From: Candidatus Parcubacteria bacterium
GTDB lineage: Bacteria > Patescibacteriota > Minisyncoccia > UBA6257 > HR35
NCBI GenBank assembly: GCA_026004495.1
Contig: BPJG01000001.1
Span: forward strand, 350,858-414,857
DNA length: 64,000 nucleotides
Direction: 5' to 3'
The stretch's first letter is position 1. Each line of letters starts with the position of its first letter. Below are positions 61,136 through 64,000 of the stretch, piece after piece. A program made the translations under genes and the position numbers. The notes under the pieces are model-generated. The model searched no databases. It was not told where the DNA came from and worked only from the letters and a program-made list of their open reading frames with translations.

Positions 61136-62929
61136 ATGAAGTGGATAGAAGAAGATTTAATTTTTGACAATAAAGATCAATCATTTAAAAAATTTGCTCT
61201 ACCTAAATATGTTAAATTTTTATTTATTTTTATCTATTTTTTGTATATATTTATGTTTTTGAAAATATTTTTTTTTGAGAAAAAAAATTGGATTACTTTA
61301 GCACAATTAAATAATAGCCTTAAAATTAATATTTCTCCTCCGCGAGGTATAATTTTAGATAGAGAGGGCAAAATTTTAGCTGATAATATTACCTCTTTCG
61401 ATTTAATTGTTGATTTTAACCAGATTGATAATGAAGAAAGATTATATTTTGAAAATTTAATTAATGAAAATAAATTAAATTTTAATTTCAATAACAATCA
61501 ATTAATCATAAAGAAAATACCACAAAAATTAGCTTCTAAAATAATAGCAAAATACAATAATTTACTTAAGGTAAGATTAGTCGACTCTTATAAAAGAATT
61601 TATCCTTACGGTATAGGCTTTGGTAATTTAATTGGTTATTTAGGTTTCCCTTCAAAAGAAGAAATTAAAAACTTTAACTATGATGCCAATTCTTATATTG
61701 GTAAATTAAGTTTAGAAAAATATTATCAAAATTATTTAGCCGGTAAAGAAGGAGAAATAATTTTTGAAAAAGACAATAAATTAAATATTATTAGAACAAT
61801 AGAAAATAAGGATCCTAAGATAGGTTATTCTTTAAAACTTACTATCGATGCCGAATTTCAGAAAAAAGCCTATGAGATTTTTGACAAATATATGAAAGAA
61901 AAAAATTTTCATAAAGGAGGTTTAATAGTTATGAAAGTAGATACTGGTGAAATTATTTCTTTAATTTCTTATCCTGATTTTGATAATAATATTTTTATTG
62001 AAAAATCATTAGAAACAAAAGATATTTTTAATAATCCCTACGATCCTTTATTTAATAAAGTTATTTCTGGATTATATGCCCCTGGTTCAGTTATTAAGCC
62101 AATTATTGCCGTAGCTGCTTTGGAAGAAAAAATTATAGACCCCAATAAGAAAATATATTCTAGTGGAGAATTAAGGATAGCTAATCCGTTTTTTTATGGT
62201 CAATATTCTATTTTTAGAGATTGGAAAGCTCACGGTTGGGTTGATATGAAAGGAGCGATAGCTAATTCTGTAAATGTTTACTTTTATACTATTGGAGGTG
62301 GGTATGGTAATCAAAAGGGATTGGGCGTGAATAGAATAAATAAATATTTAAAACTTTTCGGCTTAGGGAATATTTTAAATATTGACTTCCCAAATGAAAA
62401 TAGTGGTTTTATTCCTGATCCTCAAATAAAAGCAAAAAAAAATTTTGATAAAATATGGCGACTTGGAGATACATATAATTTAAGCATTGGCCAAGGAGAT
62501 TTATTAGTAACTCCTCTACAGATTGCTGTTTTTACTGCTGCTCTAGCAAAAAATAAATTAATTAAGCCTTATTTAGTAAGTGAAATTTTAGATGATAATA
62601 ATAAAGTAGTATTCAAAAATAAACCTCAGATTATTAGAAAAGATTTAGTAGATTATAATAATCTAAAAATAATTCAAGAAGGAATGAGAATGACAGTTAC
62701 TCAAGGAACTGCAAAAATTTTAAATTATGCTAAAGTTGAAATTGCAGGTAAAAGTGGAACACCAGAAATATTAGGCAAGAAGAAACTGAATGCCTTCTTT
62801 ACAGGTTATGCTCCTTATAATAAACCTGAAATTGTTATGACTTTATTTATTGAAGAAGTTCCTATAGGATCTATAGTTACTCTTCCCCTTTATAGGGATT
62901 TAATTAATCTATATTTCGAAAAGAAATAA
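61136..62929 (+). CDS. mrdA: Penicillin-binding protein 2 (class B)
   Basis: PRGIILDR, PGSVIK (SxxK), SVN (SxN), KSG. Confidence 0.93.
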   Translation: MKWIEEDLIFDNKDQSFKKFALPKYVKFLFIFIYFLYIFMFLKIFFFEKKNWITLAQLNNSLKINISPPRGIILDREGKILADNITSFDLIVDFNQIDNEERLYFENLINENKLNFNFNNNQLIIKKIPQKLASKIIAKYNNLLKVRLVDSYKRIYPYGIGFGNLIGYLGFPSKEEIKNFNYDANSYIGKLSLEKYYQNYLAGKEGEIIFEKDNKLNIIRTIENKDPKIGYSLKLTIDAEFQKKAYEIFDKYMKEKNFHKGGLIVMKVDTGEIISLISYPDFDNNIFIEKSLETKDIFNNPYDPLFNKVISGLYAPGSVIKPIIAVAALEEKIIDPNKKIYSSGELRIANPFFYGQYSIFRDWKAHGWVDMKGAIANSVNVYFYTIGGGYGNQKGLGVNRINKYLKLFGLGNILNIDFPNENSGFIPDPQIKAKKNFDKIWRLGDTYNLSIGQGDLLVTPLQIAVFTAALAKNKLIKPYLVSEILDDNNKVVFKNKPQIIRKDLVDYNNLKIIQEGMRMTVTQGTAKILNYAKVEIAGKSGTPEILGKKKLNAFFTGYAPYNKPEIVMTLFIEEVPIGSIVTLPLYRDLINLYFEKK

Positions 62930-62940
62930 AAATTATTTTC

Positions 62941-62968
62941 TTGACTAATAGTTAAATTTTATTATAAT
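62941..62968 (+). promoter_or_regulatory. Sigma70-type promoter giving a nearly leaderless mRNA
   Basis: TTGACT-N16-TATAAT, ATG only 11 nt after the -10 box. Confidence 0.65.
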
Positions 62969-62979
62969 CTTTAAGAAAA

Positions 62980-64000
62980 ATGAAAAAAAAATTATTAAAT
63001 TTTAAAATTATTTTCTATTTGATTATTATCCTTTTAATTTTTAATATTACCTTAGCTCAAGGTTTATTTAATTTTTTTAATTTTTTAGATTATCTAAAAA
63101 ATATAGTTAATAAAAACAACACCTCACAAATTTTAAACAATTCTGAAAATATCGAAAACATCTTCCAATCGGTTAATGATTATAAGCCAATTGCTGAATA
63201 TGAAAATTTAGTTACTCAAACAATAGAAAAAGCATCGCCAGCAGTTGTAAGTATAATTATTAGTAAGGATTTGCCTATTTTTGAAAAGTACTATATTGAT
63301 CCTTTTTATGAAGATATTTTACTTCCTGAATTTAGAGAATTTTTTGAATTTAAAATTCCAGAATATCGCCAGAAAGGAACTCAAAAAAAACAAGTAGGAG
63401 CAGGAACAGGATTCATTATTTCATCAGATGGATTTATTGTAACCAATAAACATGTTGTTAACGATCAACAAGCTGAATATACAATATTTTTGAATGACGG
63501 TAGAAAATTTAATGGTAAAGTAATTGCTGTTCATCCTAAAGATGATTTGGCTTTAGTTAAAATAAATACTAAAAATTTACCAACACTTAAATTAGGTGAT
63601 TCAGATAAAATTAAATTGGGTCAAACTGTAATAGCTATTGGTAATGCCTTGGGAGAGTTTCAAAATACAGTAAGCGTTGGAGTAATTTCTGGCTTAAGAA
63701 GAGCTATTACTGCAGCTGATAATAATGGCAATATAGAGAGATTAGAGAATCTCATTCAGACTGACGCTGCTATTAATCCTGGAAATTCTGGTGGCCCCTT
63801 AATTAACTTGAGAGGAGAGGTTATTGGAGTTAATACTGCTATTGTTAGTGGGGCTCAAAATATTGGTTTTGCTATTCCTGTTAATAGATTAAAAAAAATG
63901 CTTTTTGAAATTAAAAACAAGGGAAAGATAGAAATCCCCTATTTAGGTATAAGATATATCTTAATAACTGAAGAAATGAAAAATAAATTTAATTTACCGG
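62980..64000 (+). CDS. HtrA/DegP-like trypsin serine protease (3' end truncated by window)
   Basis: Signal peptide, GAGTGFII, VTNKHV, DLA, IQTDAAINPGNSGGPL. Confidence 0.93.
   Translation, partial: MKKKLLNFKIIFYLIIILLIFNITLAQGLFNFFNFLDYLKNIVNKNNTSQILNNSENIENIFQSVNDYKPIAEYENLVTQTIEKASPAVVSIIISKDLPIFEKYYIDPFYEDILLPEFREFFEFKIPEYRQKGTQKKQVGAGTGFIISSDGFIVTNKHVVNDQQAEYTIFLNDGRKFNGKVIAVHPKDDLALVKINTKNLPTLKLGDSDKIKLGQTVIAIGNALGEFQNTVSVGVISGLRRAITAADNNGNIERLENLIQTDAAINPGNSGGPLINLRGEVIGVNTAIVSGAQNIGFAIPVNRLKKMLFEIKNKGKIEIPYLGIRYILITEEMKNKFNLP

Overview
Very AT-rich, gene-dense chromosomal window (TGA used as stop) from a reduced-genome bacterium, most likely Patescibacteria/CPR (Parcubacteria-like 16S signatures, type IV pili, ThyX, two mreB). 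It holds mostly core genes: translation, replication/repair, cell shape and pilus/competence genes. There are also several secreted surface proteins, tmRNA, five tRNAs, a stand-alone 16S rRNA and, 32 kb away, a stand-alone 5S rRNA inside a run of protein genes. No CRISPR array, prophage or transposase was seen. The most striking signal is in translation initiation. The 16S 3' tail has lost the CCUCC anti-Shine-Dalgarno (it reads GGACCAAUUCUAUU), and the gene starts I inspected lack SD motifs. Yet rpsU (a C-terminally extended bS21) carries an 8-nt perfect complement to the rewritten tail 10 nt before its ATG, suggesting an orthogonal, Flavobacteria-like bS21 autoregulatory circuit. Other oddities are an IleRS with an inserted histidine-phosphatase domain, RpoA without alpha-CTD, two MreB paralogs each with a different active-site substitution, a tmRNA tag ending in -VS, and a 1500-aa surface protein with five near-identical 330-bp repeats. 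All calls come from reading the sequence; no searches were run.
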